From an uncultured Alistipes sp. (lineage in GTDB: Bacteria > Bacteroidota > Bacteroidia > Bacteroidales > Rikenellaceae), in contig URRP01000006.1 of assembly GCA_900550375.1 (NCBI GenBank), positions 9,583 to 73,582 on the forward strand: 64,000 nt of DNA, given 5' to 3'. Positions 60,593 through 64,000 of this stretch are shown piece by piece. The notes under the pieces are model-generated. The model saw nothing but the letters and a program-made list of their open reading frames with translations. It ran no database searches and was not told where the DNA came from. The position numbers were made by a program, and so were the translations under genes. Each line of letters opens with the position of its first letter. Position 1 is the stretch's first letter.

Positions 60593-60993
60593 TGGAGATG
60601 GCGGGAGTCGAACCCGCGTCCAAACAAGGAACCCAACTGCTTTCTACACGCTTAGCCGACCGTTTCATCCTTCTACTTGAGCCCGGCAGGCGGCAGCCTA
60701 ACCCAAGTCCCAGCCTCTTGATTTCGCACGTTGCCCGAGGCGCTGCAACGCACTATCTCTAAATGAATGATACCCCATATGAAGAGCGGTTAAAGAGCGG
60801 AATCACCCTTCGGGATACTCGTCGCCGAACCGCCTAGGGCTCGGTGATTAAGCTAATTTTCTTTGAAAATTAGGCAGCGAGTGCATAGCTATTATTGCCA
60901 TTTGTACATTGAGCGTCGGGATTTACGAGCCGCCACACAGCGCTCGACGTGCTTACAATCAAACTCTACCTGCTGTCAAAACCGGTCATCCCC
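60593..60993 (-). ncRNA. ssrA: tmRNA; tag (A)GNNSYALAA
   Basis: 5' GGGGATGACCGGTTTTGAC and 3' GCGGGTTCGACTCCCGCCATCTCCA form an acceptor stem with G3:U; tag frame at 60899-60870 ends in TAA; CCA is not fully encoded. Confidence 0.96.
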
Positions 60994-61039
60994 TCTTGCG
61001 GACGGGACTTTCGGCGGGAAAGTTCCATTGAAATACGAA

Positions 61040-61102
61040 GCAAAGATAGTGCAAGTCGGGCACAAAAGCAAATTTGTTTGCATTTTGTCCGGCGAAGCCT
61101 CT
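61040..61102 (+). repeat. Dispersed structured repeat, diverged copy D
   Basis: GCAAAGATAGTGCAAGTCGGGCACAAAAGCAAATTTGTTTGCATTTTGTCCGGCG; contains the -7 box facing ssrA. Confidence 0.6.
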
Positions 61103-61209
61103 CCGCGCGGAGATTTATTCTGCGTAAAGAGCACGCTTTTTCTCGAAAAATAGCCCTGATCCCGCGAAAAAATACTATCTTTGAACTTACTTTAATAAGG
61201 AAGCAGAGT

Positions 61210-61953
61210 ATGAGCGGAAAACGCGTTATCGAGTTAAAAGACGTCGCAATATATCATGCCGAGAACCCGTTTGGTAATCAATCGGCCGAACGGCTGGTGC
61301 GCTCCGGTGAGCTGGTGCTCTCGGAGGTGAACCTCTCGGTCGACGAAGGCGAGTTCGTCTACCTGATCGGCCGTGTAGGGAGCGGAAAAAGTACCTTATT
61401 GAAAACGTTATATGCGGATGTTCAATTGCTTGTCGGAGAGGGCGCTGTCGTAGGGTTCGATCTGCGGAAACTGCGGAGGAGGCAAATCCCCTATCTGCGT
61501 CGGAAAATCGGCATCGTCTTTCAGGATTATCAACTGCTGACCGACCGCAACGTATTTCAGAATCTCTATTACGTGATGCGTGCGACGGGCTGGCGCTCCG
61601 AAGCGGAGATTCGCCGCCGCATCGACGAGGTGCTGCAACTGGTCGGTCTGGAGGCGAAGCATTACAAGATGCCTTTCGAGCTTTCGGGCGGCGAACAGCA
61701 GCGTCTGGTCATCGCCCGTGCACTGCTGAACAAACCTCGTTTACTGCTGGCCGACGAACCTACGGGAAATCTCGATCCCGTGACGGCCGACGGAATCATG
61801 CGGTTGTTCCGCACCATCGCTCAGAACGATTGCGCAGTGGTGATGTCGACACATAATACGAACCTCATCGAGGAGTATCCGGCCCGCACGATCGTATTTG
61901 AAAAGGGACGTGTCAAGGAGGTCGATATGCAGGCGCTTTTGGAGCGGGTTTAA
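61210..61953 (+). CDS. FtsE-like ABC ATP-binding protein
   Basis: GRVGSGKST, IVFQDYQLL, LSGGEQQR and ADEPTGNLDP motifs; start placed at ATG 61210. Confidence 0.88.
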   Translation: MSGKRVIELKDVAIYHAENPFGNQSAERLVRSGELVLSEVNLSVDEGEFVYLIGRVGSGKSTLLKTLYADVQLLVGEGAVVGFDLRKLRRRQIPYLRRKIGIVFQDYQLLTDRNVFQNLYYVMRATGWRSEAEIRRRIDEVLQLVGLEAKHYKMPFELSGGEQQRLVIARALLNKPRLLLADEPTGNLDPVTADGIMRLFRTIAQNDCAVVMSTHNTNLIEEYPARTIVFEKGRVKEVDMQALLERV

Positions 61954-62016
61954 GCCTGCCGAATCTTTCGTTCGGGCTTGCAGGTGTCATAAAAAAATCG
62001 TATATTTGTACGTTAA

Positions 62017-63984
<1,968 letters not shown>

Positions 63985-64000
63985 ATCGAATAGAGGAGGA

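Overview
GC-rich Bacteroidota chromosome segment. Gene content and the recurrent TAnnTTTG promoters point to Rikenellaceae/Alistipes; this assignment is inference. Positions 1-46.5 kb and 61-64 kb are mostly housekeeping: htpG, rex, dnaN, glmM, glyA, fabG, an RND pump, feoAB, lrgAB, an ECF sigma/anti-sigma pair, purT, glpT, the rml genes, thioredoxin, an ftsE-like ATPase and gyrB. The notable part is an AT-rich island of about 10.7 kb (about 49.9-60.6 kb) downstream of the tmRNA gene, with a tyrosine-integrase remnant at its tmRNA end. It encodes what looks like a RiPP system: a radical SAM/SPASM enzyme; a small Cys-rich precursor with an ELEQRLETDPL leader and a twice-repeated VCxKGY core motif; a second decayed precursor with the same leader but a different core (absent from the ORF track); a TonB-receptor-like outer-membrane barrel; an RRE-like/M50 membrane protease; an O-antigen-ligase/TPR protein; and a transglutaminase-like lipoprotein. 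The rSAM gene and the main precursor each carry a 1-nt frameshift (the precursor's is in an A8 tract), and the neighbouring hybrid kinase has an in-frame TGA. Other features read from the DNA are a dispersed structured repeat with compensatory stems, twin ECF-type promoters, sigma-54-like promoters, a palindrome over the feoB promoter and an unannotated 55-aa FeoB-associated Cys-rich ORF. No database searches were run; family names come from motif recognition.
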